Assembly: GCA_963810935.1 (NCBI GenBank)
Contig: CAWEPK010000008.1
Coordinates: forward strand, 704,001 to 768,000
Length of the DNA: 64,000 bases
Direction of reading: 5' to 3'
From: an uncultured delta proteobacterium
Lineage (GTDB): Bacteria > Desulfobacterota > Syntrophorhabdia > Syntrophorhabdales > WCHB1-27
The translations under genes were made by a program, and so were the position numbers. The notes below the pieces were generated by a model, which was not told where the DNA came from, did not search any database, and worked only from the letters and a program-made list of their open reading frames with translations. How positions within the stretch are numbered: position 1 is the stretch's first letter; every line of letters begins with the position of its first letter. Positions 1 through 9,494 of the stretch are shown in pieces.

Positions 1-1
1 G

Positions 2-259
2 CTCTGCGCAGGCATGGGCACCTCGGCGTTCCTGGCGCTTTTGATGTCCCTCTGTAATAAGCGCTTCACCGCCACGCAGTACGCCCTGCTCTCGTCGCTG
101 GCGTCCCTGGGGCGCGTCTTTGTCGGCCCCTCCGCCGGCTTCATCGTGGAGTATGCGGGCTGGGCCAATTTCTTCCTGTTCGCGGCAATCGCTGCAATAC
201 CAGGCCTGGCGCTGCTGTATCACCTGAAGCCGGAAATAACCGGTGGAAAAAGACGGTAA
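2..259 (+). CDS. ampG: AmpG-like MFS permease, C-terminal part (5' end outside window)
   Basis: FTATQYALLSSLASLGRV and GW..FF motifs typical of the AmpG C-terminus; frame is open from the window edge. Confidence 0.75.
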   Translation, partial: LCAGMGTSAFLALLMSLCNKRFTATQYALLSSLASLGRVFVGPSAGFIVEYAGWANFFLFAAIAAIPGLALLYHLKPEITGGKRR

Positions 260-304
260 GGGTGATACGGCCGGGTTAATTTGGCGGTTTTCCCCCGTCC
301 CCCG

Positions 305-3289
305 CTACTGCCCGATTTCGGGCGCGAAACCGCGCCGCGCCGTGTTCTCGGTCGAGACGCGCGGGTCCATAAAATGGAGCAGGTATTCCTCCCCGCCCGC
401 CTTCGTGCCTATGCCGGACATCTTAAAGCCGCCGAAAGGCTGGCGGCCGACAAGCGCGCCTGTGATGCGCCTGTTCAGGTAGAGGTTGCCCACCATGAAA
501 TTCTTCCGCGCCTCATCCAAACGGCGGGGACTGCGGCTAAATACGCCGCCCGTCAGGGCAAACCGCGTCGAATTCGCCCAGATAATCGCCTCCTCGAAAC
601 TCTTCACCTTCATGACTGCCAGGACGGGCCCGAATATCTCTTCCTGGGCCACCCTGTGTTCCGGCCGGATATCGCCGACGATTGTGACGGGCACATAGTT
701 ATCTCCGGGCGGCACCCGGCCCGAATAAAGTATCTTCCCTTCCTCGCGGGCGATCTCGATGTAACCCATGATCCTCGCCCTGGCGTTTGCGTCGCAGACC
801 GGCCCCAAGAAGAAGGTGGGGTCTTCGGCGGGCCCCACGGCGAGCGAGTCGGCTGCCTTCACGAGGCGCTCGACGAAGCTTTCGTAAATCGATTCGAGGA
901 CGATCAGCCGCGAGCACGAGGAGCATTTCTGCCCCTGAAAGCCGAAAGCGGAAACGAGCACCTCCGGGACAGCCTCGTCGAGGTCCGCGTCCTCGTCGAT
1001 GATTATGGCGTTTTTCCCTCCCATCTCGCAGATAACCCTCTTCACGTTCGCCTGCCCGTCGGATGCGACGGCCGTTCTTTCTATGATCGAAAGGCCGACC
1101 TTGGTCGAGCCGGTGAATGCTATGGTGCTGATTGCCGGATGATCGACCAGATATTCGGCGATCACCTCCGTGCGGCCGGGGACGAAGTTGAGGACGCCGG
1201 CCGGAAGGTCCGCGTGCCGGAATGCCTCGACAAGCATGCGGCCTATCGCCGGCGTGAGGGGCGATGGCTTGTAGACAACGCAGTTGCCCGCGACGATGGC
1301 CGCAGACACCATGCCCGCGCTAATGGCGAGCGGAAAATTCCAGGGGGCTATCACAACGGAAACGCCCCTCGGCTCATACCATGAAAGATTGACTTCCCCA
1401 GGGGGCGAGGACAACCTGCGGGGCGCTCCTATGCGTATCATCTCCTGCGCATAGTACCTCAGGAAATCGATAGCTTCGGCGACGTCCGCGTGCGCCTCCC
1501 ACCATTGTTTGCCGATCTCTATGACCTGCAGGGCGGCAAGCTCGTACCTCTGCCCGCACATCCAGTCGGCCGCTTTCAGCAGATAGGCAGCCCGCGCCTC
1601 CGGCGGCGTCTTTCGCCATTTACCGAAGGCCTTATCGGCCGCATCAATGGCGGCTTGCGCGTCCCCCTTCCCTGCCTGGCTCACCTGCGCGATGACCTCG
1701 GCCGGGTCGGCGGGGTTCGTCGATGGAATGATGTCTGCGGTCCTGCGGTCCGACCCGTCGATGAAAAGGTCGCAGGCCGCGCCGGCCTGTCTGCGGCGCA
1801 CCTCCGAGACAGCTACCGCAAAGCGCTCGCGCTCTTCCTTCTTGCTGAAATCGACGGCAGGGGCATTTGTGAAATGGTGTATGGAGGGTGGGGGCGCAAG
1901 CTGGTTTCCCATCCGCTCCAACGGGTCCTGAAGGAGCACGGCCGCGTCTTCCCCTTTGGCGAACATGAGGCGCAGGAAACCCTGGTTGGCCGTGTTTTCG
2001 AGGAGGCGGCGGACAAGATATGCCATGCCCGGCACCATGCTACCATATGGACAGTAAAGCCGCACCCTCTGACCTGCCTCCACCAGCGTTTTGCGTATGG
2101 GCTCCGCCATCCCGTAAAGGAGCTGAAACTCATAACGGTCGGCGGGGACACCGGCGCTTTCCGCGATGGCAATGACTGCGGCGATGGAGCGTATGTTGTG
2201 AGAGCCGCAGCCCAGGAAAGCAGTATCGTGGTTTGCCAGGATGAGCGCGGCGTGGCGCTCGAAGGCGGCATCCGTGTCGGCCTTGTCGACGCGTACGGGC
2301 GGCGTCCACCCGTTCTGGGCGGCCTTCATCACCTCGTAATCCCAGTACGCCCCCTTGACGAGCCTGATGGAGACGGGCAGGGACTCTTCCCTGCTCCACG
2401 CCAGGAGCCTCTCGATATCGTCGTCCGTCTCGGTCAGGTACGACTGGATCGCAATGCTGAGGTAAGGGTAAGCCGGGTATGCGACGCGAAGCCTCTTATA
2501 GAGCTCGATGAACATACTTTTAAGCTCGTGCGACTCCATGTCTATGCAGAGGCTGCCCCCCGCTTTAATGACCCTCTCGTAGACCGGACGCAGACGGGCC
2601 GCCATCGCCTCGACCGAGCCGTCGAAATCCTGCGGCCTTACCTGCGAATAAAGGGCGCTTGGCTTTAGCGATACTGCTATCAGGGGAGCGTACCCCCAAT
2701 CGAGGTCCAAGCCGGAGGCCGGTTTGCCTAGGGACCGCCAGTGCCCCCTTCCCGCAACCAGACTATCGATGAGGGCCATGCACCGGGAGGCATACGCGGC
2801 CGCCTCGTCCTCGCTTATCACGGTCTCGCCGAGGGGGTCTACGGAGAACGCGCATCCTTCTCGCCGCACCGCCGTAAGGCCTTTAAGCACGCCCCTTTTG
2901 TCCCGGCTGACAATGAACTGCCTTCCCAGCTTCTCGATGCTGTAGCGGATCATGGCGGCAAGGAGCGCAACGCCTGCGTGTCCGCCGGAGGCGGCGGCCT
3001 TCAAGGCAAAACGCAGGGGGCCGGGGGCACGGACCTTCCCTTCGCCGAAATATTCGACCAGGTGGCGGGCAACCGACGCAGGCTCCGAAAGCGTAGGAAA
3101 GACGTCGATAAAACGGAGCATGGCCGTCCGGAACGCGGCGTCCTCGATGACCCAGCTTATCATCCTGCCGGCCCATCGCCGCTGTTCGAAAATCGACGGC
3201 CGCTGCCGTCCGACCGCCTCGATAAACGCCCTGCCGTTTTCGACGATGACAGCGTTCAGCCTCTGCCGGTCCGCGATAAAGCCTTCCAT
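305..3289 (-). CDS. putA: Bifunctional proline dehydrogenase / P5C dehydrogenase
   Basis: 994 aa; PRODH motifs IRLVKGAYWD, EFQLLYGM, YLVRRLLEN followed by ALDH motifs EMGGKN, GQKCS, EEIFGP. Confidence 0.95.
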   Translation of the reverse strand: MEGFIADRQRLNAVIVENGRAFIEAVGRQRPSIFEQRRWAGRMISWVIEDAAFRTAMLRFIDVFPTLSEPASVARHLVEYFGEGKVRAPGPLRFALKAAASGGHAGVALLAAMIRYSIEKLGRQFIVSRDKRGVLKGLTAVRREGCAFSVDPLGETVISEDEAAAYASRCMALIDSLVAGRGHWRSLGKPASGLDLDWGYAPLIAVSLKPSALYSQVRPQDFDGSVEAMAARLRPVYERVIKAGGSLCIDMESHELKSMFIELYKRLRVAYPAYPYLSIAIQSYLTETDDDIERLLAWSREESLPVSIRLVKGAYWDYEVMKAAQNGWTPPVRVDKADTDAAFERHAALILANHDTAFLGCGSHNIRSIAAVIAIAESAGVPADRYEFQLLYGMAEPIRKTLVEAGQRVRLYCPYGSMVPGMAYLVRRLLENTANQGFLRLMFAKGEDAAVLLQDPLERMGNQLAPPPSIHHFTNAPAVDFSKKEERERFAVAVSEVRRRQAGAACDLFIDGSDRRTADIIPSTNPADPAEVIAQVSQAGKGDAQAAIDAADKAFGKWRKTPPEARAAYLLKAADWMCGQRYELAALQVIEIGKQWWEAHADVAEAIDFLRYYAQEMIRIGAPRRLSSPPGEVNLSWYEPRGVSVVIAPWNFPLAISAGMVSAAIVAGNCVVYKPSPLTPAIGRMLVEAFRHADLPAGVLNFVPGRTEVIAEYLVDHPAISTIAFTGSTKVGLSIIERTAVASDGQANVKRVICEMGGKNAIIIDEDADLDEAVPEVLVSAFGFQGQKCSSCSRLIVLESIYESFVERLVKAADSLAVGPAEDPTFFLGPVCDANARARIMGYIEIAREEGKILYSGRVPPGDNYVPVTIVGDIRPEHRVAQEEIFGPVLAVMKVKSFEEAIIWANSTRFALTGGVFSRSPRRLDEARKNFMVGNLYLNRRITGALVGRQPFGGFKMSGIGTKAGGEEYLLHFMDPRVSTENTARRGFAPEIGQ

Positions 3290-3379
3290 AGCTTTAAGAA
3301 ATATAGTTCTCCCGGGCTTTATCTACCGTATAAAGAAGGTCTCTAAGCGGACCGGCGGGCTCATACCGAACGGGATAAG

Positions 3380-4429
3380 TCATGCTGCCCGGTAGGCGGC
3401 GGCCTCCTCGGACACCGGCGGCGCGACATATGGAAAATCAGGGCGAAGCGTGCCGGTAGCCGCGCCCCGGTTCAGGCCGTCGGAGAGCGCCGCGTTAACG
3501 ACGATCGAGAACATAACTTCCGGCGCGTTGTCGGTCAGTGCCCTGCCGTTCCGCTTCGCAAAGCCGAAGACGGCAGGCGTGCCGACCTCGTAGCGCAGGA
3601 TGTCCGGGAAGCAGAGAGCAGCGACCGACTCGCCATACGCCCGAGGGTCGGCGCTCGTCCCCATAGCTGCTACGACGCCGGCGACGAGCCTGCTGATGAT
3701 TGGCCCGTATAGCTCCCGGTCCTCTTTCGGCTGGGTGGTGTTGTAGGCGCTGGACCGCTCGCCGTCATCGGGGTTGAAGATCGGCTGTATCATCGGCTGC
3801 CCTGCCCGGTTGATCTGCCGCCAGCCGCCTGCGTCGGTGGGAAGGGCGGTCACGCCCCAGAAGCCGATCGCAGCGGCGCCTATCTCGCTATCAGGCACCT
3901 CTATGATGATCGAGCTGACCGTTGTATTGGCAAAAGCGTTGATCGCCTTCTCCCTGCTCCATCCGGTCAAATCGATGGCCGACCCGTTCGCCACTGCCTT
4001 GCGGATGGCGCCCAGCACTGTAGGATCGATATAGAACGGCTCTCCGGCGACCCCCGCCCATACGCGCACACCTCCCTGGCCGGTAATAGACTCCTCTGTA
4101 CGGCCCTGCGCGAGCAGCGCCCCTTTTGCGGTCCGGTCCCGCGACGCGCCGCCGTCGAGGCGGCGCAGTTCCAAAGCCTGGCGGCCGTCCCCCTCGCCCT
4201 GTCCGAACGACACACGGAACGTCACGTCCTCCACTGCGTCCCCGTCGGTATCCACCTTGAACTCATACAGCGCCTCGGGATGAAAGCGCTCGGAATATTT
4301 CCGGCCGGCAATCGATGAGTTGCTGTTCATCACGAACACGGTACCCATCGTGCCCCGGAAAAGGTAAACGTCGGTAATGTCCAGACGCGTGTCCTCTCGC
4401 GCGAGTGGCGAATCGAGATGGTGTGACAT
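3380..4429 (-). CDS. DUF4331 family protein
   Basis: N-terminal SHHLDSP...DITDVYLF and C-terminal NGRALTD...FPY motifs; AGGAGG RBS before ATG at 4429. Confidence 0.8.
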   Translation of the reverse strand: MSHHLDSPLAREDTRLDITDVYLFRGTMGTVFVMNSNSSIAGRKYSERFHPEALYEFKVDTDGDAVEDVTFRVSFGQGEGDGRQALELRRLDGGASRDRTAKGALLAQGRTEESITGQGGVRVWAGVAGEPFYIDPTVLGAIRKAVANGSAIDLTGWSREKAINAFANTTVSSIIIEVPDSEIGAAAIGFWGVTALPTDAGGWRQINRAGQPMIQPIFNPDDGERSSAYNTTQPKEDRELYGPIISRLVAGVVAAMGTSADPRAYGESVAALCFPDILRYEVGTPAVFGFAKRNGRALTDNAPEVMFSIVVNAALSDGLNRGAATGTLRPDFPYVAPPVSEEAAAYRAA

Positions 4430-4491
4430 GGTGATTCCTCCTGATTTCCTTCCTTGTCCTCTCCTATCGCTCTTTCCGCATGGCCTTCCGG

Positions 4492-5532
4492 TCACGATTT
4501 TGGCGCACCACGGATGGCGGCGGCGGCCTGGCGTAATGCAGCCTTCGTCTCAGGCAGGTCCCGGAGTGCGTTGAGGGTCACGAAGTCGTGGATCATCCCG
4601 TTATAGCGGGTTGCCACCACCGGGACGCCGGCATCCATGAGCTTGCGGGCATAGGCTTCACCTTCGTCGCGAAGCGGATCGTTCTCCGCAGTAATAACGA
4701 GCGCCGGAGGCAGGCCCTGTAGCTCCTTGTTGTCTGCTCTGAGCGGAGACACGTAAGGGTTGTTGCGCGTTTTCTCATCGGGCGCGTAGAGGTCCCAACC
4801 ATACTTCATGAACGCCCGCGTCAAGAACCGGCCGGTGCCGAACTCCTGGTAGGACTTTGTATCGACAGTCGCATTTGTGGCGGGGATCAGGAGTATTTGG
4901 CAAGCGATCTTCGGGCCGTTCCGGTCCTTCGCCATGAGCGTCAACGCCGCCGTCATGTCTCCCCCAACCGAGTTGCCCGCGATCGCGATACGAGAGGCGT
5001 CCGCGCCGAGTTCATCGGCATGCGCGGCAGCCCACTTCAGCGTCGCGTAGCTCTCTTCCAGTTGCGTCGGGAATTTCGCCGCTGGGAGCGGCGTATACTC
5101 CGGGAAGACGCCCACGTATCCCGATCCGACAACCAGGTCACGCATCAGCCGCTTGTGGTTCTCGAAGTTACCAACGATCCAGACGCCGCCGTGGATAAAG
5201 AGCAGCAACCCCGGCTTGCCCTTCATCTGCTGCGGCTGCATGATGTACACCTTCACGGTGCGCCCGTCCTGGGTGATAGTCCGTTCGTTGACGGTCACAC
5301 CGGACATGTCGACCGGCGTCTTGTTTTGGAGGGCGGTGAGGATTTCCTGCGGCTTGGGCTGGGGCAGCTCCCAAAAGGGGCTGCTATTCTTGTTGAGCTC
5401 TGCAAGAAACGACCGAACCTGCGGGGCGATTCGAGGGTCGGTCGCCGCGTTCGGCACTTGAGCCGCCAATGCCTGACTCGCAAGGATCATAATCCCTAAT
5501 GCGAAAACCGCTAAGATCCTGAAACATTTCAT
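4492..5532 (-). CDS. Secreted HSL-family alpha/beta hydrolase (lipase/esterase)
   Basis: Signal peptide, HGGVW, GNSVGG nucleophile elbow, D(PLRDEG) and H(DF) triad residues. Confidence 0.9.
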   Translation of the reverse strand: MKCFRILAVFALGIMILASQALAAQVPNAATDPRIAPQVRSFLAELNKNSSPFWELPQPKPQEILTALQNKTPVDMSGVTVNERTITQDGRTVKVYIMQPQQMKGKPGLLLFIHGGVWIVGNFENHKRLMRDLVVGSGYVGVFPEYTPLPAAKFPTQLEESYATLKWAAAHADELGADASRIAIAGNSVGGDMTAALTLMAKDRNGPKIACQILLIPATNATVDTKSYQEFGTGRFLTRAFMKYGWDLYAPDEKTRNNPYVSPLRADNKELQGLPPALVITAENDPLRDEGEAYARKLMDAGVPVVATRYNGMIHDFVTLNALRDLPETKAALRQAAAAIRGAPKS

Positions 5533-5653
5533 TTGCAGTCTCCTTTCAGCGCTGAACGGCACGCTCCTCCTTCCGAGCGAGATCGCGGCCGCAGTTTCCT
5601 ACGGCCCAGACAGTACGGCAGGCTCGCGCCTTCCGTTCTGCGCCTTCTTTCCC

Positions 5654-6505
5654 CTACGCCGCTTTCCGTCCCCGCTGTTCCTTTCGGGTAACGAAGCTAA
5701 GCAGGTCGGCGTTTATTACATCGGCATGTATCGTTGGCATACCGTGCGGGTACTTCTCATAGACCTTCAACGTGGCATCCTTGAGGAGCTTCACGGACAG
5801 CCGCGCCGCGTCATCGATGGGCACGATCTGGTCATCGTCGCCGTGCATTACGAGCGTCGGCACGTCGATCATCTTGAGATCCTCGGTAAGGTCCGTTTCC
5901 GAGAAGGCCTTGATGCCGTCATAATGCGCTTTGGCACTGCCGATCATCCCCTGGCGCCACCAATTCTGAATCACGCCCTGGAACACCTTTGCGCCTGGGC
6001 GGTTGAAACCGTAGAAGGGACCGCTCGCCATATCGAGGTAGAACTGTGCGCGGTTGGCGGCGAGCTGCTTACGGAGACCGTCGAACACCTCGATCGGCAG
6101 GCCGCCGGGATTGGCCGATGTCTTCAGCATCAACGGCGGCACGGCGCTCATGAGCACCAGCTTTGCGACACGGCCTTTGCCGTGGCGGGCGACATAGCGG
6201 GCCGCCTCGCCGCCGCCCGTGGAGTGGCCGATGTGGATGGTGTTGCGCAAATCCAGGTGGTCTATAACTGCGGCAGCGTCGGCGGCGTAATGGTCCATGT
6301 CATGGCCGCTGCCGACCTGGCTCGACCGGCCATGTCCGCGCCGGTCAAAAGCGACGACGCGGTAGCCCTTCTCGACGAAGTAGAGCATCTGCGTATCCCA
6401 GTCGTCGCTGCTCAGGGGCCAGCCGTGATGAAAAACTATCGGCTGACCTGAGCCCCAGTCCTTGTAATAGATTTCGGTGCCGTCTTTTGTCTTTACTGTG
6501 GGCAT
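5654..6505 (-). CDS. cpo: Non-heme chloroperoxidase/perhydrolase (alpha/beta hydrolase)
   Basis: [44 protein letters not shown] motifs; RBS AGGAGG upstream of 6505. Confidence 0.88.
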   Translation of the reverse strand: MPTVKTKDGTEIYYKDWGSGQPIVFHHGWPLSSDDWDTQMLYFVEKGYRVVAFDRRGHGRSSQVGSGHDMDHYAADAAAVIDHLDLRNTIHIGHSTGGGEAARYVARHGKGRVAKLVLMSAVPPLMLKTSANPGGLPIEVFDGLRKQLAANRAQFYLDMASGPFYGFNRPGAKVFQGVIQNWWRQGMIGSAKAHYDGIKAFSETDLTEDLKMIDVPTLVMHGDDDQIVPIDDAARLSVKLLKDATLKVYEKYPHGMPTIHADVINADLLSFVTRKEQRGRKAA

Positions 6506-6746
6506 GACATACCTCCTTTCTGTCTTACAAGAAGACGCGCAGTCTGCTATTACGTCTGATTGTAAGTTGTTGTCCCTTATTGCGAGTAAGTAATCACGGC
6601 ACTTCCGGGTGTCAAGGAGGAAGGGATTTGCGGGCATGGTCCTCTCACGGACCGACCTTCGGCAAGCGCAGTTATTATTTGCTGATTTCTTTACGGAGGT
6701 TCCAGATATTTCCCACTGCCTTGCTTATCATCCGGCAGTTTTCCTC

Positions 6747-7217
6747 TCAGGGAAGAAAGAGCGGGGAGGCTACTATTTTGGCGGAAGCGGGAAGACCCGG
6801 TTTTGTGGGCATAACGGTTGCAGGCAGAGCCGGAGGGGCCGGAGGTTGATCCTGTGGCTTGAGAGGAGCCGCCTGAGGGGCGGCGTCCTGTGGCTGCTGG
6901 GGCGGGGACAGCGGAGGAGGCGTCGCCGGATTGGTTGGTGCCTGGGGCGAGGGCGCAGTGCCCTTGGGCGGAGGAGTGGGGCCGGGCAGCCAGAGGGCAG
7001 CACCGGACGCAGGAGAAGGTGGCTGGTCAGCAGAGAAGCCGGGAAGGGGACAGAGGAACAGGAGATAGGAAAGACAGGATACAAGCAGGATGAGGGCAGG
7101 AAATCCCCGCGACTTAAAAGCCTTCCTGGTGATCGATGTGCTCAACAGTGTACCTTTCTTCTTTCCCTTCGCCGTTCTTGCCGGTTGCGGCCTGCGACCG
7201 CAAAACAGTTCAATCAT
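6747..7217 (-). CDS. Hypothetical Pro-rich protein with signal peptide/TM segment (start uncertain, possibly a gene remnant)
   Basis: Hydrophobic stretch FPALILLVSCLSYLLFLC then P/Q/A-rich low-complexity region. Confidence 0.45.
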   Translation of the reverse strand: MIELFCGRRPQPARTAKGKKKGTLLSTSITRKAFKSRGFPALILLVSCLSYLLFLCPLPGFSADQPPSPASGAALWLPGPTPPPKGTAPSPQAPTNPATPPPLSPPQQPQDAAPQAAPLKPQDQPPAPPALPATVMPTKPGLPASAKIVASPLFLP

Positions 7218-7357
7218 TACCGAGAAGAGCAGAGTGGTTATGATGTTTTTTCTATTGCTCTAAGTCATCTAATTCACATACATTAAAGACAAGGGACATT
7301 GCCAAGTCGGCTAATTGCGTGCCCGATCCGTTTGCCAGCTTCTGGCCCGATGTCTAA

Positions 7358-7398
7358 GTTACAGAAGTTACCTACGTCCCCCAGCGCATACTGACCCC
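7358..7398. repeat. Degenerate third copy of the RAYT terminal repeat plus a CTGACCCC (GGGGTCAG) motif
   Basis: GTTACAGAAGTTACCTACGTCCCC at 7358-7381 resembles GTCACGTTAGTCAACTACGTCCCC at 8989; CTGACCCC at 7391-7398. Confidence 0.65.
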
Positions 7399-7421
7399 TT
7401 TATCCCCTGTCCTGCTTCCTG

Positions 7422-7790
7422 TTAGCCGTTCTTTGCACTCCACGAGATTAGCACTTTGTAAAAAGCCAGAATACTAGTCAAGACAGCAGCCATAACCATA
7501 GACAAAGCTAAGCCAAAGTGATTTGAGAAAACAAAACTATTGGAGTACAAGAGACAAGAAGTTGCAAGCAGGAAGTAGATCGGTTTTATGTTCTTTTCGG
7601 GGACCTTCCACATACACCAATAGAGTATGATTGGAATGCCGAATCTAATGAAGAGACCCCAATTTCTCGACGAGCCATGATGCGTGACAAACATCGTAGC
7701 CACGGTGTAGCTCTGACCTACGATAAGCAATCCCATGCATACACAGATCAACCATTTAGGTGCCACGAAGCCTTTCCTTAACGTACGCAT
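7422..7790 (-). CDS. Orphan membrane protein, putative Rhs immunity protein
   Basis: 122 aa, about 4 hydrophobic segments, AT-rich, GGGAGGAG RBS before ATG 7790, directly after a toxin-tip-like fragment. Confidence 0.6.
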   Translation of the reverse strand: MRTLRKGFVAPKWLICVCMGLLIVGQSYTVATMFVTHHGSSRNWGLFIRFGIPIILYWCMWKVPEKNIKPIYFLLATSCLLYSNSFVFSNHFGLALSMVMAAVLTSILAFYKVLISWSAKNG

Positions 7791-7818
7791 ACTCCTCCCA
7801 ACACTCTTTCTAACTACA

Positions 7819-7980
7819 TCAGTCAAAATTATCCGGCATGGGCCCCGGCCCTGTTCTGTCATCAAAAGTTGCATAATCATAGCATTCGGCTGCAACTCCC
7901 CCTGCTACAGCTCCTTCGCCGACAGCAGCAACACCGAGGCCGAGAAAGATATTGAATCGGGCCACGGCTGCCCCTGCCAT
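7819..7980 (-). pseudogene. Orphan Rhs C-terminal toxin-tip fragment (53 aa, not in ORF track)
   Basis: Translates as MAGAAVARFNIFLGLGVAAVGEGAVAGGVAAECYDYATFDDRTGPGPMPDNFD*; Gly/Ala hydrophobic hairpin like the Rhs tip at 9491; begins right at the inverted repeat. Confidence 0.5.
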
Positions 7981-7981
7981 G

Positions 7982-9015
7982 ATAGGGGACGTAGTTGACT
8001 AACGTGACTCGTCCTCCATTCTCTGCATAATCCTCGACACGCCCGACGTGCTGATGCCCAGTTGCCGTCCGATTTCAGCGAATGAAATACCCAGTTCTTT
8101 TACAAGGGTAAAGGCTATTTCCGACCTTAGACGTGCAATGCTGCCTGCCCGGTTTCCTCCTCTCAGCGCGTCCGGTAGCATTCCCGCTTTTCTGCAATGG
8201 TGCTCGATAAGGTCCGTCATCTTTTTCTGGCGTTCCCCGGCAGAGGGGTAATGATGTTCCTGACTAAGGAGACGCGTTACGAAATCGTCCGTGCCGAGAA
8301 TCCTTTCGTCGGCAAGGACGGGGGAGTTTCTGCGTTGAATTGTTTGGGCCGGTCCGCCAAGAGACCGCACAAGACCACCGCCATCGAGGTCGGGGACGTG
8401 CTTCTTCTCAATCCCCGCTTTTATAAAGGTCTTGTAAGCTTTAAGGGACCCAAAGCAGTTGAGAACGTAAGCTGTGTCATGCCACGTGAGGGTATTCTCC
8501 CGGACGAGAGAGCGATGGCCGCTCCATGGGTAGCTCTCAAGTTCCTTCACGTCCTTGACGACTCTCGCTCGGAGCGGATTGAGATGGATATAGCGGATCA
8601 ATTCCCTGAAGTAAGGGCCTTCCTCACATACAATAGAGGTGTAGCGGTTCTGAAAGAGGTGGCCGGCCCTTCGGTGTCTTCTGTTGTAGCTTGTGGCGTA
8701 GCCCGTCAGGAGGCGGCGCATAAACCGCGATAGGCCGCCGGCTCCGCTCCGGAGAAGAACGTGGAAATGGTTGGGGATAAGGGCGAACGCATAGACAGGT
8801 GTCCCGGTCGTCTGTGATAAGAGGCCCAACCGTTCGAGGAAGCTTTCGCGGTCTCTATCGTCCCTGAAGATAGATGCGCGTTCTATCCCACGGGCCATGA
8901 CATGGTGTAAAGTCCCTTCCGCATCAAGACGCGCTTTCCGGGGCATGGTCATCCTTCCCGCTCTGGCTCAATCATGTCGTTTTGTCTTGTCACGTTAGTC
9001 AACTACGTCCCCTAT
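7982..9015 (-). mobile_element. RAYT-like HUH (Y1) element bounded by perfect 27-bp inverted repeats
   Basis: ATAGGGGACGTAGTTGACTAACGTGAC at 7982-8008 is the exact reverse complement of 8989-9015. Confidence 0.85.
7999..8946 (-). CDS. REP-associated-type tyrosine transposase (Y1_Tnp) with C-terminal DnaA-like HTH
   Basis: MPRKAR...HHVMARG, HUH motif PNHFH, GHLFQNRY, catalytic RYIHLNP, YPWSGH; C-terminal SFAEIGRQLGISTSGVSR HTH; stop codon lies inside the inverted repeat. Confidence 0.9.
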   Translation of the reverse strand: MPRKARLDAEGTLHHVMARGIERASIFRDDRDRESFLERLGLLSQTTGTPVYAFALIPNHFHVLLRSGAGGLSRFMRRLLTGYATSYNRRHRRAGHLFQNRYTSIVCEEGPYFRELIRYIHLNPLRARVVKDVKELESYPWSGHRSLVRENTLTWHDTAYVLNCFGSLKAYKTFIKAGIEKKHVPDLDGGGLVRSLGGPAQTIQRRNSPVLADERILGTDDFVTRLLSQEHHYPSAGERQKKMTDLIEHHCRKAGMLPDALRGGNRAGSIARLRSEIAFTLVKELGISFAEIGRQLGISTSGVSRIMQRMEDESR

Positions 9016-9026
9016 TTGGTCCCAAA

Positions 9027-9494
9027 TTAACCTGTCCGCTTATGCCTTCGCAGTTTTTTAGCCCTTATTATCATAATTACAGCGATTAGAATCACGCCCG
9101 TCATAAACACTATCCCAAAGATGGGCATCTTAAAAATCAAGAAGAAGAATACCCCGAGGGCTGCCAAAACTAATAGCAGAACGGAGAGTAAGAGTATGGG
9201 TACTATTTCTCTAACCGATCTCTTTTTCCCGCTATGCATGAGAGCCAAAAAGATCGCTTGGATTCCTGTAAATATCACGATGAATATGGCAGTGGGGATT
9301 GCGTCGTAGGCTGAGATATGAAGCACCATTCCTGAAAATAAAATTATCGGTGCCAACAAGAGTCTCGAAATTGTCCTAAGCTGGCATAGTACTTTTTCAC
9401 TGCCGGGGAGATAATCTCTCCAGAGGAGGGGGATCAGGGGCACTTCCACGATGACAGACGCGATCAATATTCTTGGCCAATTGATATCCATCAT
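9027..9494 (-). CDS. Putative cognate Rhs immunity membrane protein
   Basis: About 5 hydrophobic segments, AT-rich, ATGA overlap with the Rhs stop codon at 9491-9494. Confidence 0.7.
   Translation of the reverse strand: MMDINWPRILIASVIVEVPLIPLLWRDYLPGSEKVLCQLRTISRLLLAPIILFSGMVLHISAYDAIPTAIFIVIFTGIQAIFLALMHSGKKRSVREIVPILLLSVLLLVLAALGVFFFLIFKMPIFGIVFMTGVILIAVIMIIRAKKLRRHKRTG

Noticed and set aside
281..2668. Long + strand ORFs 281..1384 and 1490..2668 (and similar antisense ORFs such as 14540..15841, 34958..36157, 52250..53260, 61582..62775)
   Set aside because: Antisense shadows of well-supported genes, expected in high-GC DNA; no recognisable motifs.
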